From a virus (Duplodnaviria; Heunggongvirae; Uroviricota; Caudoviricetes): 36,337 nt of DNA. The notes below the pieces were generated by a model. It was not told where the DNA came from. It ran no database searches and saw nothing but the letters and a program-made list of their open reading frames with translations. Below, in pieces: positions 17,934 through 31,283 of the stretch (its first letter is position 1; the number at the start of each line of letters is the position of its first letter). Where the stretch lies: IMG/VR virus record IMGVR_UViG_2541047902_000001; one strand, written 5' to 3'. Both the position numbers and the translations under genes were made by a program.

Positions 17934-18385
17934 ACCTCCCACAAGATGGCATCAAATTACATCGCGGTAACTTCACCGCTATCGGTCGGCAGATCCAGCC
18001 TTATCTGGAGGACGGCAAATGCTTTCGCATGGTGCTTAAACCGTGGCGCGAGAGACGCAGTCTTTCCCAGAATGCACTCAGCCACATGTGGTACAGCGAA
18101 ATCAGTGAATACCTCATCAGCAGGGGTAAAACGTTCGCCACTCCAGCTTGGGTAAAAGATGCTCTCAAACACACATATCTCGGTTATGAAACCAAAGACC
18201 TGGTTGATGTCGTAACCGGTGATATCACCACTATCCAGTCGTTACGCCATACCTCCGATCTTGATACCGGAGAGATGTATGTCTTCCTGTGTAAGGTTGA
18301 AGCCTGGGCGGTGAATATTGGCTGCCACCTGACTATTCCGCAGAGCTGCGAGTTCCAGCTGCTCCGCGACAAGCAGGAGGCGTAA
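17930..18385 (+). CDS. ybcN: YbcN-family protein in the NinB position of the nin region
   Basis: 151-aa ORF matching recalled DLP12 YbcN; SD GGAGGTG; GTG start. Confidence 0.8.
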   Translation: MNLPQDGIKLHRGNFTAIGRQIQPYLEDGKCFRMVLKPWRERRSLSQNALSHMWYSEISEYLISRGKTFATPAWVKDALKHTYLGYETKDLVDVVTGDITTIQSLRHTSDLDTGEMYVFLCKVEAWAVNIGCHLTIPQSCEFQLLRDKQEA

Positions 18386-18555
18386 TGGCTACACCGCTTA
18401 TTCGTGTCATGAACGGACACATCTACAGAGTATCAAATCGTCGTAAGCGTAAGCCTGAGCTGAAGCCATCCGAAATACCAACACTGCTCGGATATACCGC
18501 TAGCCTGGTTGATAAAAAATGGTTGCGACTGGCAGCAAGGAGGAATCATGGCTGA
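18385..18555 (+). CDS. ninE: NinE
   Basis: 56-aa [59 protein letters not shown]; start overlaps the ybcN stop (TAATG). Confidence 0.75.
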   Translation: MATPLIRVMNGHIYRVSNRRKRKPELKPSEIPTLLGYTASLVDKKWLRLAARRNHG

Positions 18556-18838
18556 TTTGAGAAAAGCAGCGCGTGGTCGGGAATGCCAGGTAAGAATCCC
18601 TGGCGTATGTAATGGCAATTCTGAAACGTCTGTACTGGCACATATCCGGCTGGCTGGATTGTGCGGTACCGGTATCAAACCGCCAGACCTGATTGCCACC
18701 ATTGCATGTTCTGCCTGCCACGACGAAATCGACCGCCGCACACATTTTGTCGATGCTGCATATGCAAAAGAATGCGCGCTGGAAGGTATGGCGAGAACAC
18801 AGGTTATCTGGCTGAAAGAGGGGGTTATTAAGGCGTGA
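18548..18838 (+). CDS. ybcO: YbcO (DUF1364, putative nuclease)
   Basis: 96-aa frame [23 protein letters not shown]... with conserved Cys residues; start overlaps the ninE end. Confidence 0.8.
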   Translation: MADLRKAARGRECQVRIPGVCNGNSETSVLAHIRLAGLCGTGIKPPDLIATIACSACHDEIDRRTHFVDAAYAKECALEGMARTQVIWLKEGVIKA

Positions 18839-19198
18839 ATACCTACAGTATCACATTACCCTGGCCTCCGAGCAATAATCGCTATTACCGCCATAATCGC
18901 GGGCGCACGCACGTCAGTGCAGAGGGGGCAGGCATACCGCGATAACGTCGCCCGAATCATTAAAAACGCAATGCTGGATATCGGCCTGGCTATGCCTGTG
19001 AAAATCCGCATTGAGTGCCACATGCCGGATCGCCGTAGCCGTGACCTGGATAATCTGCAAAAAGCCGCTTTTGACGCACTCACTAAAGCAGGTTTCTGGC
19101 TGGATGATGCTCAGGTCGTTGATTACCGCGTTGTGAAGATGCCTGTTACCAAAGGTGGGAGGCTGGAACTGACCATCACCGAAATGGGGAATGAATGA
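18835..19198 (+). pseudogene. rusA: rusA (Holliday-junction resolvase) disrupted by a +1 frameshift in a G-run
   Basis: N-terminal RusA sequence [31 protein letters not shown] in frame 1 stops at 18943-18945; the rest ([16 protein letters not shown]...TITEMGNE) continues in frame 2; shift at GAGGGGG (18922-18928). Confidence 0.8.
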
Positions 19199-19335
19199 TG
19201 TTTGAGTTTAATATGGCAGAACTTCTTCGCCACCGCTGGGGGCGTCTGCGCTTATATCGTTTCCCCGGCTCTGTTTTGACCGATTACCGAATACTGAAGA
19301 ATTACGCCAAAACACTGACAGGAGCAGGAGTATGA
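19195..19335 (+). CDS. ylcG: YlcG (small DLP12-type protein, 46 aa)
   Basis: [46 protein letters not shown]; start overlaps the rusA stop. Confidence 0.6.
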   Translation: MMFEFNMAELLRHRWGRLRLYRFPGSVLTDYRILKNYAKTLTGAGV

Positions 19336-19420
19336 AGTCAGAGATAACAATCAACTAATACTGTTTTGTTGATTTTTGCTTGTAATTGGCGTTCTGGTCT
19401 GAGTTTTGTGGAGTAAGTTG

Positions 19421-19798
19421 ATGCGTGATATTCAGATGGTTCTTGAGCGTTGGGGAGCGTGGGCGGCTAATAATCATGAAGATGTGACCTGGTCGTCCAT
19501 TGCCGCCGGTTTTAAGGGATTAATTCCTTCAAAAGTAAAATCTCGCCCGCAATGTTGTGACGATGACGCGATGATCATTTGCGGGTGCATGGCCCGTCTG
19601 AAAAAGAACAACAGCGATTTGCATGATTTATTGGTGGACTATTATGTCGGCGGCATGACTTTTATGGCGCTTGCACGTAAGCATGGGCGATCTGATTGTT
19701 GGGTTGGCAGGATGCTCCAGAAAGCTGAGGGCGTAGTGGAGGGTATGCTGATGGTGTTGGATCTCCGATTGGAGATGGATGCTGATTGTTCGAAATAA
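19421..19798 (+). CDS. Q: Late-gene antiterminator Q, phage-82/DLP12 QuuD type
   Basis: 125-aa frame from ATG 19421 ([24 protein letters not shown]...) with Cys-rich putative zinc-binding region. Confidence 0.85.
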   Translation: MRDIQMVLERWGAWAANNHEDVTWSSIAAGFKGLIPSKVKSRPQCCDDDAMIICGCMARLKKNNSDLHDLLVDYYVGGMTFMALARKHGRSDCWVGRMLQKAEGVVEGMLMVLDLRLEMDADCSK

Positions 19799-19898
19799 TT
19801 AAAGGAAAAGTTGCTGTCTGATTCTCATTAGTCTAACATTTTAAATGTTGGAATCGCAACGTAGTTATTATCATATAACAGCTTGTTTCCTGATTTAG
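19799..19898 (+). promoter_or_regulatory. Predicted late promoter pR' / Q-utilisation region
   Basis: Position immediately downstream of Q and upstream of a short-transcript terminator; -35/-10 elements not confidently resolved. Confidence 0.35.
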
Positions 19899-19926
19899 CC
19901 AGCCTCCCCAAAGGCTGGTTTTTTTC
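19899..19926 (+). terminator. Intrinsic terminator (tR'-like) downstream of Q
   Basis: Stem CCAGCCT/AGGCTGG with 6-nt loop followed by T7. Confidence 0.75.
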
Positions 19927-19953
19927 TAATAAGTATTATTTCGGGTAGGGATT

Positions 19954-20478
19954 TTATTGTTTAACCCATAATAATTCATTGACATTGAATCCCAACTTTT
20001 GAGCGGTTCGCACATAGTCTGCTTTTACTTTATCTGGAATAGTTGGGGTCCTTGCCAGAATCCATAGGTATTCTCTGTTCGGACCACTGACAAGAGCATA
20101 CTTATACTCATCATCCAGTTTGATTACATTATAGCCACCATAGAAGGGGCCAAAAAACGAAACCTTCAACGCTGCAGTTTTAGTATCTCCAGTAAAGTAT
20201 GCTTTACCTTCGCTCTCGCTCCATTTATTTTTCGTTGGATCGTATCCACGGTTAAGTACACGAATCCCTCCGTCGTTCCGTTTTCCATAAGTAGCGCTGA
20301 CCTGTTCCAGACCACGTTCGAACCGGTTCTCGAGGCGAGCTATTTCATACCACTTTCCGAGGTAGCGGTTGGCGTCAAAATTTGTAATCGGCTGCACACC
20401 TTTAGGTGGTGTCGGGGCCTTACATGCTATAAGAGTGAAAGAGAGTGCAATGCCAGTCAACACAGGCCATAACTTCAT
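19954..20478 (-). CDS. Bacterial lipocalin (Blc-like outer-membrane lipoprotein)
   Basis: 174-aa ORF with lipobox LIAC and conserved lipocalin motifs (NFDANRYLGKWYEIARLENRFERG..., FFGPFYGGYNVI); opposite orientation to the late operon. Confidence 0.8.
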   Translation of the reverse strand: MKLWPVLTGIALSFTLIACKAPTPPKGVQPITNFDANRYLGKWYEIARLENRFERGLEQVSATYGKRNDGGIRVLNRGYDPTKNKWSESEGKAYFTGDTKTAALKVSFFGPFYGGYNVIKLDDEYKYALVSGPNREYLWILARTPTIPDKVKADYVRTAQKLGFNVNELLWVKQ

Positions 20479-20670
20479 AATAAATCCTGTACTTTTGATA
20501 GTTGAGAGTAAGTATGAAAGATAGATGATTACGACCGATCACTTAAAGAACTTTCATACTATATTAGGAATAGTCCATAACAGAAAAATTGTCAGTGATG
20601 ACGCCAGAAAGGCAATTTATTCCGTGCACTACACAGTTTATGTGTTAATGAATTAGTCAAGGGGGAGGAT

Positions 20671-21630
20671 ATGATAAAAAAACCTGTGATTGGAATCAGC
20701 GGTTGTCTGGCCGGTTCTGCTGTTCGTTTTGATGGTGGTCACAAAAGAGCTGACTTTTTAATGGACAAATTAGTGGAATGGGTAACATTCAGACCAGTAT
20801 GTCCGGAAATGGCTATAGGGCTGCCAGTTCCGCGTCCTGCTCTACGTCTTGTGCGCTCGACGCAAGGAAATATACGGATGTGTTTCAGCCACGACCAGAA
20901 TGAGGATGTGACAGAGAGAATGACAGAGTTTAGTCGTTCTTATATGGACAAATTAAAGGATGTATCGGGGTTTGTGGTTTGTGCTAAATCTCCCAGCTGT
21001 GGCATGGAGCGCGTGCGTGTCTATGATGAAAATGGTAATCGAGGTCGTAAAGATGGAGTGGGACTATTTACGAGCACTTTGATGGAAAAGTTTTCCTGGC
21101 TACCGGTTGAAGAGGATGGGCGATTACATGATCCAGTGCTTCGTGAGAATTTTGTTGAAAGAGTTTTTGCTTTGCATGAGCTCAATCACCTTTACAAGGA
21201 GAAATTATCAAGAAGAGAGTTATTAGCTTTTCATAGTCGTTATAAGCTTCAGTTGTTGGCGCATAGTCAGGCAGGCTATAAAGATATGGGACCATTTGTG
21301 GCTGCAATACACGAGTGGGCGGACCTTGAATCATACTTTGAGGTGTATCGTGATAAGCTGATGGCGATTCTCAGAAAACCTGCATCACGTAAAAATCACA
21401 CGAATGTGATGATGCATATACAGGGGTATTTTAGTAACTACTTAAGTACACGCCAGCGTAAAGAGTTGAGCGAGGTTATACTTAACTATCGTTCTGGCAC
21501 ATTACCTCTTCTTGCGCCGTTGACTCTGCTGAAGCATTATCTGGGTGAGTATCCTAATGATTACTTGCTTACACAGAATTACTTCGATCCCTATCCGGAC
21601 GAACTGGCTCTAAGACTGATGGTAAATTAA
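20671..21630 (+). CDS. DUF523/DUF1722-family protein (YbgA/TudS-like, Cys-rich)
   Basis: 319-aa ORF; N-terminal Cys positions GISGCLAG, RPVCPEM, CAKSPSCGMERV resemble the DUF523 fold; C-terminal extension. Confidence 0.55.
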   Translation: MIKKPVIGISGCLAGSAVRFDGGHKRADFLMDKLVEWVTFRPVCPEMAIGLPVPRPALRLVRSTQGNIRMCFSHDQNEDVTERMTEFSRSYMDKLKDVSGFVVCAKSPSCGMERVRVYDENGNRGRKDGVGLFTSTLMEKFSWLPVEEDGRLHDPVLRENFVERVFALHELNHLYKEKLSRRELLAFHSRYKLQLLAHSQAGYKDMGPFVAAIHEWADLESYFEVYRDKLMAILRKPASRKNHTNVMMHIQGYFSNYLSTRQRKELSEVILNYRSGTLPLLAPLTLLKHYLGEYPNDYLLTQNYFDPYPDELALRLMVN

Positions 21631-22124
21631 TTGTATGCGATATCATCCAAAAGGATGAGTTCCTGCATGCAGGATATTTACAATCGTAAAAACTACACTA
21701 TGATACCCAGAGTGTCAGTTTGTATAAAAACTCTGTTTACGCTGAAGAAACCATTGAGATGCAACTTAAAGTTGGTAAACATGCCAGTCAAAATATATAA
21801 TATTATGATTCCACGCAGCTATATATAATATAACAGATTGGTTTAATAATTTGTCTTTGTGAGTTAAATACATAATTTTATACTTGTGATGCAATGAGAT
21901 TTTCCTTATTGTTGAACTGGCGAATATTGATTTTCCACCTATACTTACTTGGTGTAACCCCAATGATATCAGGTGGATAATATGCCATACATATGTTCTA
22001 TCATTTTGGTGTTGAACTCGTTTGATGTCCGAATTGGTAAAGAAGATATTTTATTTAAAAAAGGAAGTGCTGTTCTCATTGATTAAAATTTAAAAGATTT
22101 TTTTCATCAAATATAGATCATGCA

Positions 22125-22706
22125 ATGATCGTAGATGTTGAAGAGAAAACAGTTAATGATTTCTTTAAAAGCAACACACTCTCACCTTTTTCTGTAAGAA
22201 GGTTTTATCCGGCATACTTGATGGTGGAATGTGAAGATTTTTCATTGTTAAAGAACTTGATTGCATGCTTGAATTGTGATGGCAGAACTGTGGATTTTGT
22301 TAGAAATCAAATATCACTTGCATGTCTTGCTATCTTATCTTCAGAGAAAATAGTGCAAAGTTTTTTATTTGGATGTCTTAATAGTTTAGGAAGTAAAGTT
22401 AAGGCTATTATTCACACGGATATATCTGCAGCATGGAGACTTTGTGATATATCTTCAAGACTGTATCTGAGTGAAAGTCTGTTAAAAAGAAAATTAAAGC
22501 ACGAAGGCTTATCATTTAGTAAGTTAATTCTTGAAGAGCGAATGGTGATGGCGGAAAGGTTATTAAGCTACAATTTATATTCTGTTGGAAAAGTTGCTGA
22601 GATATGCGGTTATGAAAACACGTCATATTTTGTAAGTGTTTTCAGAAGATATTTTTGTGTTCCTCCCCATCAATATTCATCAAGATTTTTTTTAGAAAAG
22701 ACATGA
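22125..22706 (+). CDS. AraC-family transcriptional regulator (C-terminal HTH), probably the downstream part of a frameshifted gene
   Basis: 193-aa ORF with AraC-type HTH; very AT-rich; a 34-codon ORF with strong SD at 21982 ends at 22086 in another frame. Confidence 0.6.
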   Translation: MIVDVEEKTVNDFFKSNTLSPFSVRRFYPAYLMVECEDFSLLKNLIACLNCDGRTVDFVRNQISLACLAILSSEKIVQSFLFGCLNSLGSKVKAIIHTDISAAWRLCDISSRLYLSESLLKRKLKHEGLSFSKLILEERMVMAERLLSYNLYSVGKVAEICGYENTSYFVSVFRRYFCVPPHQYSSRFFLEKT

Positions 22707-22899
22707 TGTAACGTGATGCGTTTTAATGATTTTGTAATTTTCGTATTTGATAATTGTATGATGCTTTCAGCTACGCCAGAATAATCGCTGGCGTTTTTCT
22801 TTTTGAATAGATGTTCAAGCCTTACGCTAATGTAACTTCTATACCTTTCCTCTTCGTTCCGAACCGTGTACACCATCCGTTATTTGCGGAGGTGAGGCT

Positions 22900-23115
22900 A
22901 TGAAATCCATGGATAAGTTAACAACGGGCATTGCCTACGGCACCTCCGCAGGCAGTGCTGGCTACTGGTTTTTACAGCTGCTCGATAAAGTCACGCCCTC
23001 ACAGTGGGCAGCAATAGGTGTGCTGGGTAGCTTGGTATTTGGCCTGCTGACGTACCTGACAAACCTTTATTTCAAGATTAAAGAAGATAAGCGCAAGGCT
23101 GCGAGAGGTGAATAA
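22900..23115 (+). CDS. S: Class II holin (pinholin), phage-21 S21 type with dual-start motif
   Basis: 71-aa [32 protein letters not shown]... matching recalled S21; two TM segments. Confidence 0.9.
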   Translation: MKSMDKLTTGIAYGTSAGSAGYWFLQLLDKVTPSQWAAIGVLGSLVFGLLTYLTNLYFKIKEDKRKAARGE

Positions 23116-23612
23116 TGCCTCCATCATTACGAAAAGCCGTTGCTGCTGCTATTGGTGGCGGAGCAATTGCTATAGCATCAGTGTTAATCACTGGTCCAGG
23201 TGGTAACGATGGTCTGGAGGGTGTCAGCTACATACCATACAAAGATATTGTTGGTGTATGGACTGTATGTCACGGGCATACAGGAAAAGACATCATGCTC
23301 GGTAAAACGTATACCAAAGCAGAATGCAAAGCACTCTTGAATAAAGACCTTGCCACTGTCGCCAGACAAATTAACCCGTACATCAAAGTCGATATACCGG
23401 AAACAACGCGCGGCGCTCTTTACTCATTCGTTTACAACGTGGGTGCTGGCAATTTCAGAACATCGACGCTTCTTCGCAAAATAAACCAGGGCGATATCAA
23501 AGGCGCATGTGATCAGTTACGTCGCTGGACATATGCTGGCGGTAAGCAATGGAAAGGTCTCATGACTCGTCGTGAGATTGAGCGTGAAATCTGTTTGTGG
23601 GGTCAGCAATGA
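23115..23612 (+). CDS. R: SAR endolysin (lysozyme), phage-21 R21 type
   Basis: 165-aa ORF with N-terminal signal-anchor-release segment ([20 protein letters not shown]) and lysozyme domain; matches recalled R21. Confidence 0.9.
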   Translation: MPPSLRKAVAAAIGGGAIAIASVLITGPGGNDGLEGVSYIPYKDIVGVWTVCHGHTGKDIMLGKTYTKAECKALLNKDLATVARQINPYIKVDIPETTRGALYSFVYNVGAGNFRTSTLLRKINQGDIKGACDQLRRWTYAGGKQWKGLMTRREIEREICLWGQQ

Positions 23613-24070
23613 ACAGAGTAACCGCGATTATCTCCGCTCTGGTTATCTGCATCATCGTCTGCCTGTCATGGGCTGTTAATCATTACCGTGATAACGCCAT
23701 TACCTACAAAGCCCAGCGCGACAAAAATGCCAGAGAACTGAAGCTGGCGAACGCGGCAATTACTGACATGCAGATGCGTCAGCGTGATGTTGCTGCGCTC
23801 GATGCAAAATACACGAAGGAGTTAGCTGATGCGAAAGCTGAAAATGATGCTCTGCGTGATGATGTTGCCGCTGGTCGTCGTCGGTTGCACATCAAAGCAG
23901 TCTGTCAGTCAGTGCGTGAAGCCACCACCGCCTCCGGCGTGGATAATGCAGCCTCCCCCCGACTGGCAGACACCGCTGAACGGGATTATTTCACCCTCAG
24001 AGAGAGGCTGATCACGATGCAAAAACAACTGGAAGGAACCCAGAAGTATATTAATGAGCAGTGCAGATAG
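23609..24070 (+). CDS. Rz: Rz i-spanin
   Basis: 153-aa frame from [23 protein letters not shown]...; start overlaps the R stop. Confidence 0.9.
   Translation: MNRVTAIISALVICIIVCLSWAVNHYRDNAITYKAQRDKNARELKLANAAITDMQMRQRDVAALDAKYTKELADAKAENDALRDDVAAGRRRLHIKAVCQSVREATTASGVDNAASPRLADTAERDYFTLRERLITMQKQLEGTQKYINEQCR
23829..24011 (+). CDS. Rz1: Rz1 o-spanin lipoprotein, embedded in the +1 frame of Rz
   Basis: 60-aa ORF with lipobox VVGC and proline-rich region [15 protein letters not shown]. Confidence 0.9.
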   Translation: MRKLKMMLCVMMLPLVVVGCTSKQSVSQCVKPPPPPAWIMQPPPDWQTPLNGIISPSERG

Positions 24071-24101
24071 AGCTGCCCATATCGATGGGCAACTCATGCA
24101 A

Positions 24102-24395
24102 TTATTGTGAGCAATAGACACGCGCTTCCAGCGGAGTATAAATGCCTAAAGTAATAAAACCGAGCAATCCATTTACGAATGTTTGCTGGGTTTCTGTTTT
24201 AACAACATTTTCTGCGCCGCCACAAATTTTGGCTGCATCAACAGTTTTCTCCTGTCCAATTCCCGAAACGAAGAAATGATGGGTGATGGTTTCCTTTGGT
24301 GTTACTGCTGTCGGTTTGTTTCCAACAGTAAACGTCTGTTGAGCACATCCTGTAATAAGCATTGCCAGAGCGGCAGAAAACAACATTTTTTTCAT
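24102..24395 (-). CDS. bor: Bor lipoprotein (serum-resistance)
   Basis: 97-aa frame from MKKMLFSAALAMLITGC... matching lambda Bor. Confidence 0.9.
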   Translation of the reverse strand: MKKMLFSAALAMLITGCAQQTFTVGNKPTAVTPKETITHHFFVSGIGQEKTVDAAKICGGAENVVKTETQQTFVNGLLGFITLGIYTPLEARVYCSQ

Positions 24396-24757
24396 CTTAT
24401 TATCCTGCATTGTTAAAAACGGCAGAATCCTATGTGACAACAATTAAACGATAGTTAAATGGATTGATGAAAATTAAAACTATATAGGTGTACGCTCAGA
24501 CTATTGGAGGAAGTTGGGGACACTCAGAATCCTGTGGAATGAAATAAACCGGTCTATCCGTCTATTACCCTTTTAGCTGCGCTGTATCGTCGCCGTATTC
24601 CCGCATTAACCATGACCGTAGCCCGACGGGGAATTCCTTCTGCGTGAGTGTGCGGGAACAATCAAAAACGATGCACACCGGGTTTTACTGTGCTGACATA
24701 CGCAGGGTTACCCTCATAGTCGCTTTTCCGGTGCGATGGTGGAAGAAACCGGGATGT

Positions 24758-24952
24758 TCATCCATCATCACTTTGGATTGATGTATATGCTCTCTTTTCT
24801 GACGTTAGTCTCCGACGGCAGGCTTCAATGACCCAGGCTGAGAAATTCCCAGACCCTTTTTGCTCAAGAGCGATGTTAATTTGTTCAATCATTTGGTTAG
24901 GAAAGCGGATGTTGCGGGTTGTTGTTCTGCGGGTTCTGTTCTTAGTTGACAT
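24758..24952 (-). CDS. Small hypothetical protein (possible ribbon-helix-helix fold) conserved at the lambda right end
   Basis: 64-aa basic ORF; flanking sequence matches recalled lambda DNA near cos. Confidence 0.45.
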   Translation of the reverse strand: MSTKNRTRRTTTRNIRFPNQMIEQINIALEQKGSGNFSAWVIEACRRRLTSEKRAYTSIQSDDG

Positions 24953-25151
24953 GAGGTTGCCCCGTATTCAGTGTCGCTGATTTGTATTGTCTGAAGTTGT
25001 TTTTACGTTAAGTTGATGCAGATCAATTAATACGATACCTGCGTCATAATTGATTATTTGACGTGGTTTGATGGCGTAGATGCACGTTGTGATATGTAGA
25101 TGATAATTATTATCATTTTTCGGGTCCTTTCCGGCGATCCGACAGGTTACG

Positions 25152-25163
25152 GGGCGGCGACCT
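25152..25163. other. cos: cosN cohesive-end site (GGGCGGCGACCT)
   Basis: Exact lambda 12-nt cohesive-end sequence followed by CGCGGGTTTTCGCTATTTATGAAAATTTTC. Confidence 0.9.
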
Positions 25164-25339
25164 CGCGGGTTTTCGCTATTTATGAAAATTTTCTGGGGAA
25201 AATCATGTCGGTACTTCTCGAACATAACTATTTGTTTTTTCTAATATCGAATCCGTAAAAGGTCCGACATGAAAACGCCTAAAAAAGTCATTTTCGGGCA
25301 CTTTCATGTCGGCCCCTGTATTTATTGTGAGACTGTTTC
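25164..25339 (+). promoter_or_regulatory. cosB region (small-terminase binding sites), diverged from lambda
   Basis: Segment between cosN and the Nu1 start; sequence after position about 25196 differs from recalled lambda cosB. Confidence 0.5.
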
Positions 25340-25859
25340 ATGAAGGTTAATAAAAAGAAACTTGCCGAAATTTTCAACGTGGATCCGCGAACGATTGAAC
25401 GCTGGCAGTCTCAGGGACTCCCTTGCGTCTCCGGAGGTGGTAAGGGCGTTGAATCTGTATTTGATACCGCCATGGCAATTCAGTGGTATGCGCAGAGGGA
25501 AGCTGATATCGAAAATGAAAAACTCCGTAAAGAGGTTGAGGATTACAGGGCTGCCAGTGAGGCAGATCTCCAGCCTGGGACTATTGAGTACGAACGCCAT
25601 CGACTTACGCGTGCGCAGGCCGACGCACAGGAGCTGAAGAATGCCAGAGACTCCGCAGAGGTGGTGGAAACCGCATTCTGTACTTTCGTGCTGTCACGGA
25701 TCGCAGGTGAAATTGCCAGTATTCTTGACGGGATCCCTCTCTCGGTACAGCGGCGTTTTCCGGAACTGGAAAACCGACATGTTGATTTCCTGAAACGGGA
25801 TATCATCAAAGCCATGAACAAAGCAGCCGCGCTGGATGAACTGATACCGGGGTTGCTGA

Positions 25860-25885
<26 letters not shown>
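25340..25885 (+). CDS. nu1: Terminase small subunit Nu1 (phage-21-like N-terminal DNA-binding domain, lambda-like C-terminus)
   Basis: 181-aa ORF; N-terminus [29 protein letters not shown] resembles phage 21 gp1; residues after about 75 match lambda Nu1. Confidence 0.9.
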
Positions 25886-29566
<3,681 letters not shown>

Positions 29567-29586
<20 letters not shown>

Positions 29587-30886
29587 TCTCCCGCATATTG
29601 CCAGCATGGCTTTTAATGAGCCGCTGATGCTTGAACCCGCCTATGCGCGGGTTTTCTTTTGTGCGCTTGCAGGCCAGCTTGGGATCAGCCGCCTGACGGA
29701 TGCAGTATCCGGCGACAGCCTGACTGCCGGAGAGGCACCCGCGGCACTGGCGTTATCCGGTGATGATGACGGACCACGACAGGCCCGCAGCTATCAGGTC
29801 ATGAACGGCATCGCCGTGCTGCCGGTGTCCGGTACGCTGGTCAGCCGGACGCGGGCGCTGCAGCCGTACTCGGGGATGACCGGTTACAACGGCATTATCG
29901 CCCGTCTGCAACAGGCTGCCAGCGATCCGATGGTGGACGGCATTCTGCTGGATATGGACACACCGGGCGGGATGGTGGCGGGAGCATTTGACTGTGCTGA
30001 CATCATCGCCCGTGTGCGAGACATAAAACCGGTATGGGCGCTGGCCAACGACATGAACTGCAGTGCAGGTCAGCTGCTTGCCAGCGCCGCCTCCCGGCGT
30101 CTGGTCACGCAGACCGCCCGGACAGGCTCCATCGGCGTCATGATGGCTCACAGCAATTACGGTGCTGCGCTGGAGAAACAGGGCGTGGAAATCACGCTGA
30201 TTTACAGCGGCAGCCATAAGGTGGATGGCAATCCCTACAGCCATCTTCCGGATGACGTCCGGGAGACACTGCAGTCCCGGATGGACGCAACCCGCCAGAT
30301 GTTTGCGCAGAAGGTGTCGGCATATACCGGCCTGTCTGTGCAGGCTGTGCTGGATACCGAGGCTGCAGTGTACAGCGGTCAGGAGGCCATTGATGCCGGA
30401 CTGGCTGATGAACTTGTTAACAGTACCGATGCGATCACCGTTATGCGTGATGCACTGGATGCACGTAAATCCCGTCTCTCAGGAGGGCGAATGACCAAAG
30501 AGACTCAATCAACAACTGTTTCAGCCACTGCTTCGCAGGCTGACGTTACTGACGTGGTGCCAGCGACGGAGGGCGAAAACGCCAGCGCGGCGCAGCCGGA
30601 CGTGAACGCGCAGATCACCGCTGCGGTTGCGGCAGAAAACAGCCGCATTATGGGGATCCTCAACTGTGAGGAGGCTCACGGACGCGAAGAACAGGCCCGC
30701 GTGCTGGCAGAAACCCCCGGTATGACCGTGGAAACGGCCCGCCGCATTCTGGCAGCTGCACCACAGAGTGCACAGGCGCGCAGTGACACTGCGCTGGATC
30801 GTCTGATGCAGGGGGCACCGGCACCGCTGGCTGCAGGTAACCCGGCATCTGATGCCGTTAACGATTTGCTGAACACACCAGTGTAA
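29567..30886 (+). CDS. C: Head maturation protease / scaffold C (GTG start)
   Basis: 439-aa frame VTAELRNLPHIASMAFNEPLML... matching lambda gpC; start overlaps the B 3' end. Confidence 0.93.
30281..30886 (+). CDS. nu3: Scaffolding protein Nu3 (in-frame internal start within C)
   Basis: 201-aa C-terminal frame from MDATRQMFAQ..., same arrangement as lambda. Confidence 0.8.
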   Translation: MDATRQMFAQKVSAYTGLSVQAVLDTEAAVYSGQEAIDAGLADELVNSTDAITVMRDALDARKSRLSGGRMTKETQSTTVSATASQADVTDVVPATEGENASAAQPDVNAQITAAVAAENSRIMGILNCEEAHGREEQARVLAETPGMTVETARRILAAAPQSAQARSDTALDRLMQGAPAPLAAGNPASDAVNDLLNTPV

Positions 30887-30895
30887 GGGATGTTT

Positions 30896-31228
30896 ATGAC
30901 GAGCAAAGAAACCTTTACCCATTACCAGCCGCAGGGCAACAGTGACCCGGCTCATACCGCAACCGCGCCCGGCGTATTGAGTGCGAAAGCGCCTGCAATG
31001 ACCCCGCTGATGCTGGACACCTCCAGCCGTAAGCTGGTTGCGTGGGATGGCACCACCGACGGTGCTGCCGTTGGCATTCTTGCGGTTGCTGCTGACCAGA
31101 CCAGCACCACGCTGACGTTCTACAAGTCCGGCACGTTCCGTTATGAGGATGTGCTCTGGCCGGAGGCTGCCAGCGACGAGACGAAAAAACGGACCGCGTT
31201 TGCCGGAACGGCAATCAGCATCGTTTAA
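30896..31228 (+). CDS. D: Head decoration protein D
   Basis: 110-aa frame [26 protein letters not shown]... matching lambda gpD. Confidence 0.95.
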   Translation: MTSKETFTHYQPQGNSDPAHTATAPGVLSAKAPAMTPLMLDTSSRKLVAWDGTTDGAAVGILAVAADQTSTTLTFYKSGTFRYEDVLWPEAASDETKKRTAFAGTAISIV

Positions 31229-31246
31229 CTTTACCCTTCATCACTA

Positions 31247-31270
31247 AAGGCCGCCTGTGCGGCTTTTTTT
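31247..31270 (+). other. Hairpin plus T-run between D and E (terminator-like structure inside the late operon)
   Basis: GCCGC-CTGT-GCGGC stem followed by T7. Confidence 0.5.
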
Positions 31271-31283
31271 ACGGGATTTTTTT

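Noticed and set aside
24968-25225. 85-aa minus-strand ORF spanning the cos site
   Set aside because: Overlaps cosN and cosB and has no credible start context; the region is the regulatory packaging site.
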